DNA of 64,000 bases from Mytilus trossulus (lineage: Eukaryota). The first letter of the stretch is position 1. The number at the start of each line of letters is the position of its first letter. Below the pieces are notes generated by a model. That model had not been told where the DNA came from. It did no database searches and was given only the letters and a program-made list of their open reading frames with translations. The stretch spans positions 84,258,001 through 84,322,000 of the forward strand of contig NC_086379.1 in NCBI RefSeq assembly GCF_036588685.1. Reading direction: 5' to 3'. The position numbers and the translations under genes are program-made. Below are positions 12,524 to 27,309 of this stretch, one piece after another.

Positions 12524-13989
12524 ATCATTCCAGATAGTCATATATAAAAGGATCCAGTTGCATCTATTTCTTATGGGAAATTTTATTTGAAACTTAACAA
12601 GGGACACAATGGAGAAATTAATGTTTAGTCTGAAATGTATTAACAAAAATACCGAACTCTAAAGTTAATACCAAAAGTTGGAAATCCTTAAAAATCTGAC
12701 GTTCGGTTATATCAACCAACGGGACGAATGTCTGCCAAGGTTAATGTATGCCTGAGTAAGACGGACAGAAAAGAAGAAAGAAACCAATAGCATATAACAT
12801 ATAAGTAGAGGTAAAACCGACACTACAATGGCAGAAGTCGAAAATGATGACCAAAAAACAACATAGAAAACGATTATTAGCCACCCGACCCCATCACAAA
12901 TTTGAAGGTTTCCTGCTACACTGGACGGGACAAGAAACAATGTTGTATATGCGAAACCCTCCATTTATTCAAAGTAATTATGGATGAGTTAGTTATAACA
13001 TCAGTTTTTTCATAGACTTTAGATTTTTCAAAAGAGAATTTAGAAAAAGTAGATTATAAATCAAGTCACTACCTCAAAGCTAAAGTGATTAACACTAATG
13101 ATATACAAAAATTTATCGGTATAGCTCATGGATACAACTAACAAAACAAACAACATTAACCTAGTTGTTTTATAATACAAAAGTTACCATTACAAAATCT
13201 TACAACAATAATTAGATAAGTGGTGGTACTACGGTTATTGATAATCATTTTAATAGAAATAAGTAATCATTTATATAAATGTGCAGTAAAAAAACCGAAC
13301 TCCAATGAAATAAAAGAACAAAAAGTCCTTTATCAAATGACAAAATCAAAAGTTCAGACATGAGCATTATATATAATGTAGAACATGGTGGATTAAACCT
13401 GGTTTTATAACGGACTAAACCTCTCACTTGTGTGAATATAGCATCGAATTCCATTATATCGACAACAATGTGCGAGCAAAACAAACAGTAACAATGGTTA
13501 AAATTGTTAAAATACAATAAAGAAAAGAAAATAACACATAGGCAATCTATATACAACGTTCATAAACAAAATTAAAAGACATGAATTCAAATAAATGACC
13601 ATAGCACTGCAATCTATTCTAATACTTTTTAATTTGATAATTTCGTAAAAAGTAAAATTACAATAATAATGAACTCCGAGGAAAATTAAAAATGGAAAGT
13701 CCCTGAATAGATTTATTTCGACTTTCATTTCCGAAATTGACTGTCTTTTGGTATATATAGGGAGATTATTATCTTAATTTGTATTACAAAACAAGCATAA
13801 AGGTTGCACAACTGTGGTGTATTCCCTTATTTTATTCAGATTTTAATTAAAATATGACTATATTGACTAGTTAAGTATGAAGCACTTCTCCTCATTTACC
13901 TACATCAGAAACGTGCAAAGCCAATTGATATATAAGTACTTGTGAATAGGTTTATGACCAACTAATATATTTCAAAATGTCTAACCAAA

Positions 13990-14175
13990 TCGATGTATCT
14001 CAACTTTGCCTTTTACATTGCATTGTATATTGCCAAACTCTATAGTATAGTGATTATCAATTTCCCCTATCTTAGTAGCAAAATATCACCTTCACTTGCA
14101 TATGGGATTTACATTTCGGTATGTAAGGGCATGCAGCTGCTACTCAGACTATGTAAAACGTCACCCGTGTCGGTT
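13990..14175 (+). mobile_element. Degenerate Penelope-like retroelement RT C-terminal remnant
   Basis: Translates to INFPYLSSKISPSLAYGIYIS, matching the NFPFLSSNIPxxPAYGVYISQ motif of Penelope-like elements; related to 19085-19440. Confidence 0.55.
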
Positions 14176-14672
14176 TTTTTATCACATGTAGTATAAATAT
14201 AATGAAATTCTATGTGACTATCATACAGGTTGATATGTATGAGCTTTTTTTTTATTTTTTTCATTATGACGTTTCTAAGTATTTGTCGTTTGCTTTTGTT
14301 GTTGTTCATTGTTTTGGGTTGGTTTTTTTCCGACGTTTTCCTCTCATTGTTGATAGTCCTTCTCTCAGTTTTCGTGTGTAAGACGGGTGTATTTGTAATT
14401 CGTCAAATTATGACTATTGAACAGTGGAACGTTTGTTGCCTATATTAGAACGACAGAGGCTTTGTCATCTAAACGTACAAAAAACTTTTAACTATAATTG
14501 TTTACTTTTATACTTCGTTAATCTGTTTAACAAGTGTTCAAGTCATTTTGTAGAAGTTGTACAAATAGAAATTATTCAGTAAGAAAATATTGTATAGTAT
14601 GCCATACTTTTACACTCTTTGGTCTTTATCTGAGCATTTACTTTTGCTTATTTAATAACGTTTACTTCTCTT

Positions 14673-14871
14673 TGTATTTCGTATTTTATATTTATTTGAT
14701 AATTATGACAGAGAAATGATTGTGTATTTCGTATTTTATATTTATTTGATGGTTAAGACAGGGAAATGATTGTGTATTTCGTATTTTATATTTATTTGAT
14801 GGTTAAGACAGGGAAATGATTGTGTATTTCGTATTTTATATTTATTTGATAATTAAGACCGGAAAATGATT
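14673..14871. repeat. Minisatellite, 50-bp unit x4
   Basis: TGTATTTCGTATTTTATATTTATTTGAT at 14673, 14723, 14773 and 14823. Confidence 0.93.
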
Positions 14872-16677
14872 TTGTTTCGAGATAATGCTGCTCAGGCAAA
14901 ACTATTGTAGTTCAATGAACCACTGCAACTTTATAAAATAAAAACATCAGCCTGATACACTTTTATTAATACAATACCGTATTATCAGTCTATCTAATTA
15001 AGGTAATGGCTGTTGTTCGCTATTGTATTAATGACCTACCAGTTCCAATGGGTTTTTATACATTATCATCATCCCATATATTTACAGTATAAACAGCTTT
15101 TATCCCGTGATATCTTGAATAAAATGTTTATTTTAACAAATGACTAGGATTTCAATTATTCTAACGTAATTGATTAACTGACTATCTTCCTCAAATATAT
15201 GGATGATGTTTTAGATTGTTATCGTTTAACCTTGAAAAAAAACTATGGAAAAAGCAGTTTAATTTTATGGTTAAATGATTTTAAAGATTTATTGAAAAAT
15301 AAACCAAATAGAAAACTAGTATGTGCAATAAATGGTTCATGTCTTCGATTGTTGTTTTAGAAGTAGGTCTTTACTTACCTCGTTCATACGCGTAACATAC
15401 TTTATGATATCAATTTCCAGCGAAGAATACATCATTTCCTGTGCTCGGTGATTGCATTGCAAAGTTTACTCGCTATGTAAGAAAGACAAATAAACTGTTC
15501 GCAAAGAGAAAGCAAATTTGCGATTACAGACAAAGTTAATTCAGTAACAGATACAGTTTGTTTAACAAAGAAATAAAACTTTGCCAGATATTCATGACTG
15601 GCTGATCTTTACACTAATTAAGTGCCTCGCTGATATAATACGGCTGCCCCGAAGTGTTATTGATATTAAATAATCATTTCAAAACACCTATTACCGACTC
15701 TGAAAGCAGCTCACGTGTGTGGCCTGTATCTCTTTGGAATTTGGTTAAATAAGTCTCTTAGGATTTCGTTGTTTCTTTGGTTTTTGGGGGGAAGGGAATT
15801 TTTTTCTAATATTATATGTCGTCTTTTTCTTGTTTCGGTGTGATGGTTGTAAATTATCCTACATATTTCGCCTTGTTATGACGTTCCTGTAATAACTTTA
15901 CAGTGTATAGTCCCCTAGAATGGTTTACTTTTTACTTATTGTGACGTGGATGGAGAGTTGTCTCCTTGGCAATCATACCACATGTTCTATTTTCATATTA
16001 AAAGGTAAAATATGAATAGTCTGACCCATTTTGAAAATAAAACTAATCATACTTTCTAACAGAGAAAAATTACCGTCTGTGATTACTTCCGCTTTAGCTT
16101 GTTCTATTTGATATATTTTCTAGAAGACCATTTATTTTATTTTAGAAATTGTCCTTATAAGCGATAATTGATGATTGAGTTGCGATGTAATTCCCGGTTA
16201 ATCTTTACTAATATTCACAGAAAAAAGTCTGGTTTCTTCGTAATGAGCACTTTTATTCGTTTATCTATGATAGGGCATTGTCCGTGTTAATACCAAATAA
16301 AAAAAAATGTTGATTACATAAATTGTTATCCAATGGTCATAGATATAATACTAAGAAAAGAAATCAAGGGAAAGGAACAGTTGACTTTGTTTTATTAGAC
16401 CTTATGATAAACAACATTACGCAAAACACAACATGACAAAAACTACGAATCACAATCCCTATAAAAAGATAAATGTTCATATGCTTTCACTTCAAAATGC
16501 AAAAGAAAGGTAGAATATTATTCTTTGCCTTTGTTTTGATAAATCAATTAAATTCATAGTTTTATTTAAGCAGATGTTTAGTACACTAGACCTAAATCAG
16601 AGGATTACATGAGCTTTTCAAATCGAACATGTTGCAAATATTCCCATATAAACTTCAGTTAACAAAAGTCATTCAAT

Positions 16678-16927
16678 AAAATCAATGTTACCCATAAGAC
16701 ACATTGTACGATGACAAATGTTACCCATAAGACACATTGTACAATGAAATCAACGTTACCCATAAGACACATTGTACAATGAAATCAATGTTACCCATAA
16801 GACACATTGTACAATGAAATCAATGTTACCCATAAGATACATTGTACGATGAAATCAATGTTACCCATAAGATACATTGTACGATGACAAATGTTACCCA
16901 TAAGACACATTGTACGATGACAAATGT
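16678..16927. repeat. Minisatellite, 33/35-bp unit x7
   Basis: AATGTTACCCATAAGA(C/T)ACATTGTAC(A/G)ATGA(AATC/CA) repeated. Confidence 0.93.
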
Positions 16928-18569
16928 CAAATAAAACCTTTTAAAAAGAAGAATTTCAAGGTGTATCTTATAGAAAAACGTGCACACAAAAATAAAGTTT
17001 ATCATCTAATACATGCACTAAACCAGCATTAACAGTTATATTAATTGGATCCCATGTGTGTACAAGTGTTTATCTTTATGCCCAAAAAGACCTGCCAAAG
17101 CGGCGTCAGTAATTTTATTGCATACCAGGTTTTTCTTTCTATTATCATCAAATTTCAATCAACAATTTAATAAGTCAGTGCAGTATTATGTCGAGAGTTA
17201 TTTGTGAAAGCAATCATAACCTCAACATTCGAGTTGTAGAAACCGAGCATTCATTCAAAACATCTGAGTTTTGAATTGAATCCATAAAGTTGTAAACGAT
17301 TTTTTTATTATCTTCTTCTCAAATTCATTTAAAAAATATTATGATTATTCACAAATATGCCATGTTTCAATCAGTTTATTGCAAGTCTTCTAAAAAGAAA
17401 ATTCTTTCAATTTATCAAAGTTGAAGATACTCGGCTTATTTAATATACACAAAAGATTATGTATTTAATAATGCATGTTTGCTATAATTCATGAATTTAC
17501 TTCTTTATTTATCATTTGGAACAAACCTAAAGGGTTTTCTAAGAATCATTTTCTTGGTAGTAATTTAATAAAAAAATCTGTTTTTGACGTATGTAAAACT
17601 TACTTAAAGTTATATGACTGGCCTCGAGGAAACTTTGTCAATATTGCTACAATTTTAGCAAAGAAGATTTCTCTTGAGTTAATCAGAAGATTTTAACCTG
17701 AGGAATCCGTGTTGACATTCGGCAATCACATTATTGATCATGCTATAATTGACAACAGGGAAAATGCATACCCAAACATCTTAATTGTTTCCTTTTACTT
17801 GAGGATATAAAGTTGTAATGGAGATAATAATCCTGGTGATCTTGTCGTGTTGACAGTGTACATAAACTTGTTTGTCAAAAGGATCAGTCCTAGATAGGCA
17901 ATTTCCATCTTAATACTACAGCGAGGATAGTGCTGCTATAAAGTAAATAACTTCCGGTATACTCTATTCAAAAAGTGATAAATGAAAGGCAGGGTTATTA
18001 TTTAATCAATACAACTATTATTATTGATACCCCTTTGTATCCAGGCTTCCATATTGTTCTGTTTTAATCATCTGGGTTTTTTAATCATAGATCACAATAT
18101 ATATATTTTTTTAAAAGTGTTGATTGATTCTGTGAAATTTAAGTTTTTCTCTAAACAAAAGTAACTACACGCACATATGATTGTCAATACGTGGAAACAA
18201 AGGTTCTTCAAAAGGTATTAAATATCAAAGTCTAAAAGACATAATTGGAATTGTCGTCAGATCAATAACAAAAAAATCTAAGATTGTGCAGTTCTTATCT
18301 AAAACTCCTTTTTTCTGAACTTTTTGTAACGGTAGGCATTAATTGCCTTTGTGTGTGTGACCTTTAGTTTCATTGGCACTTAAACCTCATCTTTTTATTT
18401 GTTACTCATATAGGGGAAAACAAGATACAGCTTATAATTACAATGGTACAGCAGCCCAACAAAACTAAAAGAGATAACAAAAAGAAGTATCTGCTACAAT
18501 AGGTAAACGTGAATGAAATACACCTAATCGCACCATGTATATAAAGCATTAATGTCAAACTATCAAATA

Positions 18570-18960
18570 GGTACGAAAGAAACCAAAAGGGAAATTGAAA
18601 CGCATGTAACGAAACAAATGTAACAAAAACTGCCAACGCCATGGATAAAAAAATAAAAAATAAAACAAACATACAAATAATAGTACAACAGACACAACAT
18701 AGAAAACTAAAGACTTAGCAACACGACACGAACCCCGCCAAAAACTGGGGCGATCTCAGGGTCACCGGAAGGGTAAGCAGATTAGTTCCATATGTGGCAC
18801 CCGTGGTGTTGCTCATGTTATTACAAACCCGGTAAATAGTCTAATTCGGTAGGTCACATTCGTAGTTAAAAGGGATCTGGATTGTAGTTACGTCATAAGG
18901 AAAATATCCGATATCATCTGTGAAACGGTTATTCCATAATGGTCAAACAACTCGTGATTG
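18570..18960 (+). mobile_element. Repeat family D copy
   Basis: CACAACATAGAAAACTAAAGA...CACGAACCCC...GGAAGGGTAAGCAG...GGTAAATAGTCTAATTCGGTAGGTC, as at 4358-4632. Confidence 0.7.
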
Positions 18961-19084
18961 CGTCTGTAGAATTGTGAAATTCACAATTTGGTTGTTTGTC
19001 CTTTGGTTTTGGCCTTGCTCTTGTCAGTTTATTTCGACTTATGAGTTTGATAGTTCTTTTGTTATCTTTCTTCGTCTCATTTTT

Positions 19085-19440
19085 ATATTTGTACATCGAT
19101 TTTGAAATGGTACTCTCAGTACTCGAATATATGACAAACGAGACTATATTAATTGTGAAATTGTCAATTTCCTGAGCGTAAGTAACAATAGATACCATTT
19201 CCACCTGCATATTGAATATACATTTCTAAATTTATTCATTATTTAATAGCTTGTAGCTCCTACTCAGACTTTGAAAAACGTCACTAGTGTCTGGGCAGAA
19301 AGATGATGAACAAGGGGTATGTCAAAGAACGTCGCGTCTTTTTTCAAAAACAAAAGTTAATCGGTATGTATTTAGACCTTGTTGATAAATATTATGTATC
19401 AACTTCACAAGTGATACACGATGGTCGTGAAGTATATGCT
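19085..19440 (+). mobile_element. Degenerate Penelope-like retroelement RT remnant
   Basis: Broken frames give TRIYDKRDYINCEIVNF, ACSSYSDFEKRH and MMNKGYVKER...DLVDKY, typical of the Penelope-like RT C-terminal region. Confidence 0.6.
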
Positions 19441-22400
19441 TTGGGTACTGACGTTGTTTGTCATCTTAATATATATTGTTTAATAGCAATTTTTTATTTG
19501 TTTTTATAAATATTACTTAAACTGTTTACTTTTTGGTGATATTCATTCGACGTGGATCTGTACTCATACATCCCGTCATTATGTTATTATTCTATGATAA
19601 ACAATGTTGTATTTTTGTCTTTAATTGTTTTTCTGATGTGCTTTGTATTAATGCCGTTTTATGTTTCTTAGTTACATTTGACGAGGCTCTGAACGTCTGA
19701 CTTCATCTTAAGTTTTCTATGTTTTAGTTTTGCAAACTGTTGTTCGTCTTTTTGTCGTTGAATGTTCTTCACATAGCGCTGTTAGTTTGTCATTGACTTA
19801 TGATTATGAATATTACTTTGGTCTCTTACAGTATTGGTTCTTACATCTCCTCTCTCCCGAACACACATACATCTACAAAAACTCTAGTAGCGCTGTCTGT
19901 ATTTAAGCAAGTCTTTTAGATATGTTAAGAAATTTATTACTGAGGTAAAAATTGTAGTACAGTTATACATTATGTAATTGTAAGACACCGTTATTGGTTA
20001 ATTTACTTCAATTCAAATCTTATATCAGGACAGCAATAGACGATGATAACAGTATGAAACGTCATTGCCATATTTCGCAATGTGCACTTTTTTACTAAGC
20101 AAAGATTAACAACCTTTAAGATAAATAAAGAATTATTCATGACAAAATAACTCTACACAATTGTCACGTTTTGTCCTGTAATACGTATTCACGATTCTTT
20201 ATTCTCTAATTATTTCCGAAGAACTGGCAGATAATGAGCATTTTGGGAACAAATTAAGATACAAGACAAAAACAAATGAAGCTGCTACTGAAATATCGTT
20301 TATGTAAATTTCAAACATGAGTTAGATATTTGTGTTATTTGTTTATGGTATGCATCACGAAGTAATACACGAGTATTGTTACCCGTTCATGTGCCAAACG
20401 TTCAAATTAATGCTTTCTTAAATGGAGCCACATGTTGTAACCTAACCTAATAGATATAATTCATTCATATCAGAGCACGCAAATTACATAAATATAATGA
20501 CAGAATATGACATTCACTACTGCGAGACAACTTGTTGGTGAGTAATGGGTTTATAGTTTCCATGATATGTACATCGCGATAGATTCAGCACTTACATTTT
20601 GGACGCATCCAATCTTTATAGCGTTATTTTAAATTTTCAAGTCAATATTGGTAGATACCTAGTTTGCGGGGACTACTTCTTGTCTATATTGAAGCGATGA
20701 TATGCATCCTTTACTAAAAATAAATTGAAGTCTTCATATAGCGGTTCGTATAGTTTTGTTTATTTTTGTAAAAACGAAGTGATTTTTGTTCCAACGGATT
20801 TTAATGCATCCAGTATCTAGTTTGACTTTTTCTTCACTCATCCATGTTTTGGTATGTAAATTCTTCAACGGAATACAGAATGATATTCAAATCGAAGTTC
20901 GAGTGATATATTGACGCTACTTCAGATAAGGTCTGAGAAAAATAATTTTATATATCTTCTCATGTTTAATTCCTGTCGTTTCTCTTGTTAAAACGTGACT
21001 GGAATTAGGAGTGTAAGATACGATAGGATGAAGTTGGGTCTGGAGAAAAAAATGATACTTCAGACATATTGAGTACAAAATTTTGATAATAGTATCAATT
21101 GTACATATCTTTATATATCATTTATAACTTTTGATAATGTTTATGAGATAGTTTTCGACACATTTCCTTTTGCATGTATACATTAAATTCGATTAAAATG
21201 AGAAATGAAAATTAAATTATAATAAATATATGTTTGTTATCATAGTTCATTTTTGTAATTACAGGTGTCTAATCAAAATTGCCATGATATGAAAATTCAA
21301 ATTTACTGAAAATTATAATACAATATCATGAGATCAGTTAAATTGTGACATATTAGACTCATAATGGTAGTTATCACCTCACTCGTAATGCAAATAAAAT
21401 TATATGAATTATTTGTTGTTGTTGCATTTCAAAACAATTTGAAAGTTAATACATCTAACTTGTTTTCTGTCCAATTTGTATTTTAAATGGCTTCATGAAA
21501 ATGATCTATCGTAAAGTTCGAGTGACAATCAATACAGAAATAAGCCTGAAGTAGATCAGCAAAATTGCATCAAATTGATTTCGCCACAAACTTACATGTA
21601 ATTATCACTATAGAAACATTTCTGTGGACGCCATCTCTGTAAATTGGCAAATTATTAAGTCACATTAGAGGTACTAACTTTAAGATGTTCTAATTTCATT
21701 AGCTATTAAGAATAGCCATATGTTATTGGGGTTAAACCAGACAAGTGTGAGTTTCATACTAAGTGCTTCTTTTTCTGACTGTATTATATAAAATAGAGGA
21801 AAATCAGTAAAAATGAGCAGAAATTTCTCGCTCTTAAGATTTTGCAAGAAGTTTATTCACCCGAGTAAAGTCATGAGAAAAATATCTTCACGTCTCTCTT
21901 CAATGTGGGTTGATATAACTCTCTCTTATGGTTTTTAACTGATATCATTGTATTTTCAAAAATGGTCGTCACGTTATTGTCTATATTCTGTCAATTTAAA
22001 GTCTATGACTTCTTACTTGACCTATTCAAACATGGAGATTAACCTGTGTGTAAATAGTTAGTGTGTTCCCATGATCGTGATTACCTTGGTTCTTAATACT
22101 ATATTCATATTTGAAATGATGCTTTCTTTATGGTATGTTACTGACATATTTTTATCAAATCAAAAAGCTCTATTTCAGGTGAGTATTTTAAATAGAATGG
22201 GCTCTTGTGAGCTTTTATGATAGACAGAAGAAAAGTTTTGATGGGGTTCACAGAAAAGGGAAAAGTGATTCAGGTCTGTAGAAAAATCGACTCAACAAAC
22301 TACAAAAATCGACCGAAATAATAAAAATAAAAAAGAGATCGAGAGAATGCAAAGAGAATAATAGGCCAAACATTTTAAGATTAGCAGAAAATGAACAAAT

Positions 22401-23687
22401 AAATAATACAAAAAAAGAAATAATACCCGTCAAGTTCCTCATAAATATATGTATATACACAAGACTTTCAATATAAATCCAACTATCATTTAAGATCCGT
22501 AAATAAGAATGTATGCTTTAAATAACTGACAACGAAAGTACAATGTGTCCAATTCGGGAATCCTTTCAAAGTTTTAAAGAGAAAATCATGAAATATGTTT
22601 TGTAATCATGTAATATGTCATACGATTAGCAGAAGCAAAAAGCCATAGATGTGTTCCGATCGTCTTTGATATTGGAGACAAAAGAGCTTCCGATAACGAA
22701 TGTTCATATAATCTCAAGTTCTTCTTGTACTCGGATCAATGCCAGGATGTTTTGTCGACAATTGTCCTGCTTATTCCGGATGAGGTGCCATAAAGGGGAT
22801 CATAGAGAATCGGTCAACTAAGAGACTGAAGATATCAAAGGGGTAATCAAAATCTTTTAGTCAAAAAAACCAAACAGTACCCTGTGAAAAACGAAATACG
22901 ACGAAAAGAAAACGGGGTTTCCATTTTGTTATGTGTGATCCTTAAATACGCAGCATAGTTTGGTCAGAATTTGGACGATATATATTCAGTTCTTATTTTA
23001 CAGCAAGCAAAAAGTCTAAATACTGAATGTCATATTGGAAAATACCTGAAATTTAAACTAAATCTTTTATAAGATTAAACGTTTTCAGTTTCAAACTTTA
23101 CAAATAATGTAAACGTCAACATGGCCGTTTAAGACTTAAATGCGTTTATAAGTAAACTCTCTCTGTACGCTGAGAAACCTTGAATCATATCGTGGTGTGA
23201 TTTGCAGTTGGCCTGGCGCAAGAATAAATTTCTATCCAATAACTTTCATCCTAATTTTCTAGTTGCAAATCGAACGCCCTTAGTTCTCGACGACCCCTAT
23301 TCCAGATCTTACCTTACCTATTGTATTTCTTGTTTATTTGCTCTCGTCCTTTTAACATGCATGACATATTTTTAATTTGGCAGCATAATATATTTTGTTA
23401 AAACATTAGTGTAAACGAAATATATTGAACTTGCATCATCTTAAAGCATTGATATGCTATTTGGTTTCCTATTCAATTTGACATTTTCTTGGTGAAGGCT
23501 TGCTGCTAACATGAATGCCAGTGCTACTGAAACAATAGTTCTCATTCGTAATAATCAATTTATCACTATTCAAAGTTCTATATAGGACGGAGATAGTCAG
23601 TTAAACCATTGTTTAGATTGTTCCTGATTCTTTCACAACTAAACCAAATTTTATCTGAAACGGTTATATTGATCTGAAAAGCTTTTA

Positions 23688-23900
23688 AATAAAGGTAGCA
23701 GTAGTATACCGCTGTTCAAAAGTTATAAATCGATAGAGAGGAAACAAATTCGGGTTACAAACTAAAACCGAGGAAAATGTCAACTATAAGAGGAAAACAA
23801 CGAAACAACTGAACGCTGAGGTGCAACAAAAATCAAAGGACAATGCAATATACATAGGACATTTTCAGAGAAAATGATAGGTTGATTCTGGTTTTATGTA
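23688..23900 (+). mobile_element. Repeat family A copy
   Basis: AATAAAGGTAGCAGTAGTATACCGCTGTTCAAAA. Confidence 0.65.
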
Positions 23901-24959
23901 CTGAAAAGACTGAACAATACAGTATTACGTTACTTTCAGTTTTTGTTAAATTTTAAGATGTGTCAATGATGGTAAATTCAGTTCTGTTCAGATATTTTGT
24001 TTTAGCTTTGCTTGCAGTCAATTACGATTTTTTTCAGTTAATGTTCAGTCTGTTCAATACATGAAAGACTTGATCGCATGAACACCACACTGAATTGTCG
24101 GAAATACTATTAAAAAAAGTCAAATAACAAAAAATACCGATTTCAAGGGAAAATTCTAGGCAAATGGCAAAATGAAAAGTTCAAACTCAGCAAACGAATG
24201 AATAGCAACTGTCATAGTTCTGACTTGGAACAGGCATTTTCTTATGTAGAAAATGGTGGTAAAAGCTAGCTAAATCCCTCAACTGAACAATACTGAATTG
24301 CTGGCAGCGAACTGTCTTATCAGAACGGAACTTTCTTCAATTGATAAGTTTTAACATGACGTTTTTTAAAGATCAAATAGACCGTTTTAGACTCAAATTC
24401 CTTGCTAGTACTTGTTTCATCTATTCGTGTCGATGTTTTCGTCTGTGTTTTAGTATTGATTTTGAGTATAATTTTAACCGTCACAATACTCGTCAAAATC
24501 TATAAACAAATAACTGTAAAATGAGGTAACGATATCAAGGGATCAATCAAAAACCCAGATGTGCTATATAAACATTGGAAAACAACAAATTATTATGCTG
24601 TTGCTGTCATCTTTTAGAAAATTAAAATATTTGGCAGTAGTATTATAATAACAGACAACAAAATATGATAAGGTTTAAATAAAATATGTTTGAATGTAAT
24701 GAACAACGTGTTAAACACGGTATATTGGAAATCAAAACGTATCTCTTAAATAGAAGTCTTAGTTGAACTTCATTGTGTTGTAGAATGTTACTTATTGATA
24801 TCGGTTTTTATCAACCAGGAAAGTACTGGAAAATGTCTGGTGTCAGATAAAAGAGGTATACTTTCTGATTATGGAATATAGAAATAGGAAAATATCGTAC
24901 TACTGCCAGTGAGACCACGCCCCACTAGACACCAAATGACATAGATGACATAAATGACA

Positions 24960-25130
24960 TTAAGCCGTATTTGGCACAACTTTTTGGAATTTTGGATCAT
25001 CAATGCTCTACAGCTTTGTACAAGTTTGGCTTTATAAATATTTTGGTATGAGCGTCACTGATGAGTCTTATGAAGACGAAACGCGCGTATGGCGTACTAA
25101 ATTACAATCCTAGTACCTTTGATAACTATA
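24960..25130 (+). mobile_element. Repeat family E fragment
   Basis: AGCCGTATTTGGCACAACTTTTTGGAATTTTGGAT...ACCTTTGATAACTA. Confidence 0.7.
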
Positions 25131-26069
25131 GAAGGTAACAACTAGACATGTTGGTCGAAAAACGGTCTTCAACATATGGATAAAACCCACACCACAAAGT
25201 TAACAATGAAAGGCTCCGAAATGACACATATGAAAAAATTCAATCACGAAAACTAACGTTCTGATTTAGGTACAAAGCGATAACCGAAAATCAATTGTGA
25301 TTAACAAAAACAAACATCAAAGAACGGTATAAAACAAGTGGAAGCATTTGAACACGACATCCACTTAAATGGTATTATTTCTTAAAACTTTGTAAGTTTT
25401 ATACCCAATCATACTTTTTGTGAGTTAAAATATCAAATGTATAGCAAAATTTCAAATGTAATATAGTGTTTTCTTTTCTTGTTGTTAACGTGTTCTACTT
25501 ACATTCATTGATGCGACAAATTTCACCTACTTAGCTAAATAATACAGTTAATTAACAAACTACTACTACAATTAAATATTAATAAGATTATAATTGTCAC
25601 TGTTATTAATATAAGTTCGATACCGGGTAAGTCATACAAATCTAATCTTGAATTTCATCCAATTTTTTTTCTTAATTTTCGGAACAAGTTTGAAAAATTT
25701 AAATATGACGTCACTTTGAGCGTTGCATTGACTATGACTAACAGGGCTGTGATTTTGTTGTGTACTCGTTTTATTCTATAGCTAGTCATCAATTCAGTTT
25801 AATCATGTATATCTATTATATAGTAATTTTGTGTCATATTCTTGATAATAATGATGTTTTTGTCCCAGGCGGATAACACAGGCCTCACAACTTTTTGAAA
25901 CTTTTGGTCATCGTCGATCTTCAACTTTGTAGTTGTTATTGCTTTCAAACTTTTGACATCCGAGCATAGTTTGGTGTTGACGTAGTGTAAGTCTGGCGTA
26001 TAAAATTAGTTTTTAACCTGTTACCTTTGATTGCTATTATTCGTGTGTTTCCCTGTCCAATATTTTCTC

Positions 26070-26410
26070 CCATTTATCTGTTTATTTATTGTAACCCTGT
26101 CGTTTTATGTTGTTATTTAAATGTCAGAACTAACACTGTCATTAAAGCGGGAGGTTTGACTTGCCACAAAACCAGGTTCAACGAACCATTTTTTTTTCAT
26201 AAAATGCCCTGTACCCAGTCAAATAAAATGACCATTGTTACATTATAGTTCGTTTCTGTGTGGGTTACACTTCGGTGTTGTGTCTCTAATGTGTCGTAGT
26301 TCTCTTATATTTGATATGTTTCCCTCAGTTTTAGTTTGTAACCCGGATTTGTGTTTTTCTTTATCGATTTATGAATTTTGAACAGCGGTATACAACTGTT
26401 GCCTTTTTTC
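26070..26410 (-). mobile_element. Repeat family A, long copy
   Basis: Ends GAACAGCGGTATACAACTGTTGCCTTT; internally matches 12045-12370 and 29192-29570 in reverse. Confidence 0.7.
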
Positions 26411-26689
26411 ATAAAGTCGATACTTTACGTTCGGTTGTTGATATTGTTTTTGTTGCTCATTCTTGGGTGTTCTATGTAGTGTTTTATGGGTGTGTTCGTA
26501 TGTTAAACGTTTTTCATTCAAACGGTATACTAGTACTACTGCTGTGGATTAATTTATTTTCGGAGGTATCAATTTTCGTGGATTGAGAAAGACTGCCTTT
26601 TCGTGGATATTTGATTTCATGGTTTTGCCAATCTCTGCATACAAAGCCTTTAGAATTTTTTTTAATTCGCTTAACATTGGAATTCGTGG

Positions 26690-27309
26690 TTCAATAATGT
26701 GGTAATTTTTACAAATTTCCTGTATACAAAACTTTGAACTTTTTGAAAAACTAAAGATTTTCTTATCCCAGACATAGATTACCTCAGCCGTATTTGGCAC
26801 AACTTTTTGGAATTTTGGATCCTCAATGCTCTTCAACTTTGTACTTGTTTGGGTTGATATATATTTTTGATTTGAGCGTCACTGTTGAGTCTTATGTAGA
26901 CAAAACGTGCGTCTGGTGTCATAAATTATAATCCTGGTACCTTTGAAACTATTTACACCACTGGGTCGATGCCACTGCTGGTGGACGTTTCGTCCCTGAG
27001 GGTATCACCAGCCCAGTAGTCAACACTTCGGTGTTGACATGAATATCATTAATGTAGTCATTTTTACAAATTTCCTGTATACAAAACTTTGAACTTTTAA
27101 AAAAAACTAAGGATTTTCTTATCCCAGACATAGATGACCTTAGCCGCATTTGGAACAACTTTTTGGAATTTTAGATCCTCAATGGTCTTCAATTTTGTAC
27201 TTTTTTGGGTTAATAAATATTTTTGATTTGAGCGTCACTAATGAGTCTTATGCAGACAAAACGCGCGTCTGACGTACTAAATTATAATCCTGGTACCTTT
27301 GACAACTAT
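26690..27309 (+). mobile_element. Repeat family E, head-to-tail dimer (about 355-bp period)
   Basis: TTTTTACAAATTTCCTGTATACAAAACTTTGAAC near 26706 and 27061; both copies end CCTGGTACCTTTGA. Confidence 0.8.

Noticed and set aside
14673-14871. 28-bp constant plus 22-bp variable pattern resembling repeat-spacer
   Set aside because: The 'spacers' are near-identical to each other, so this is an ordinary 50-bp minisatellite
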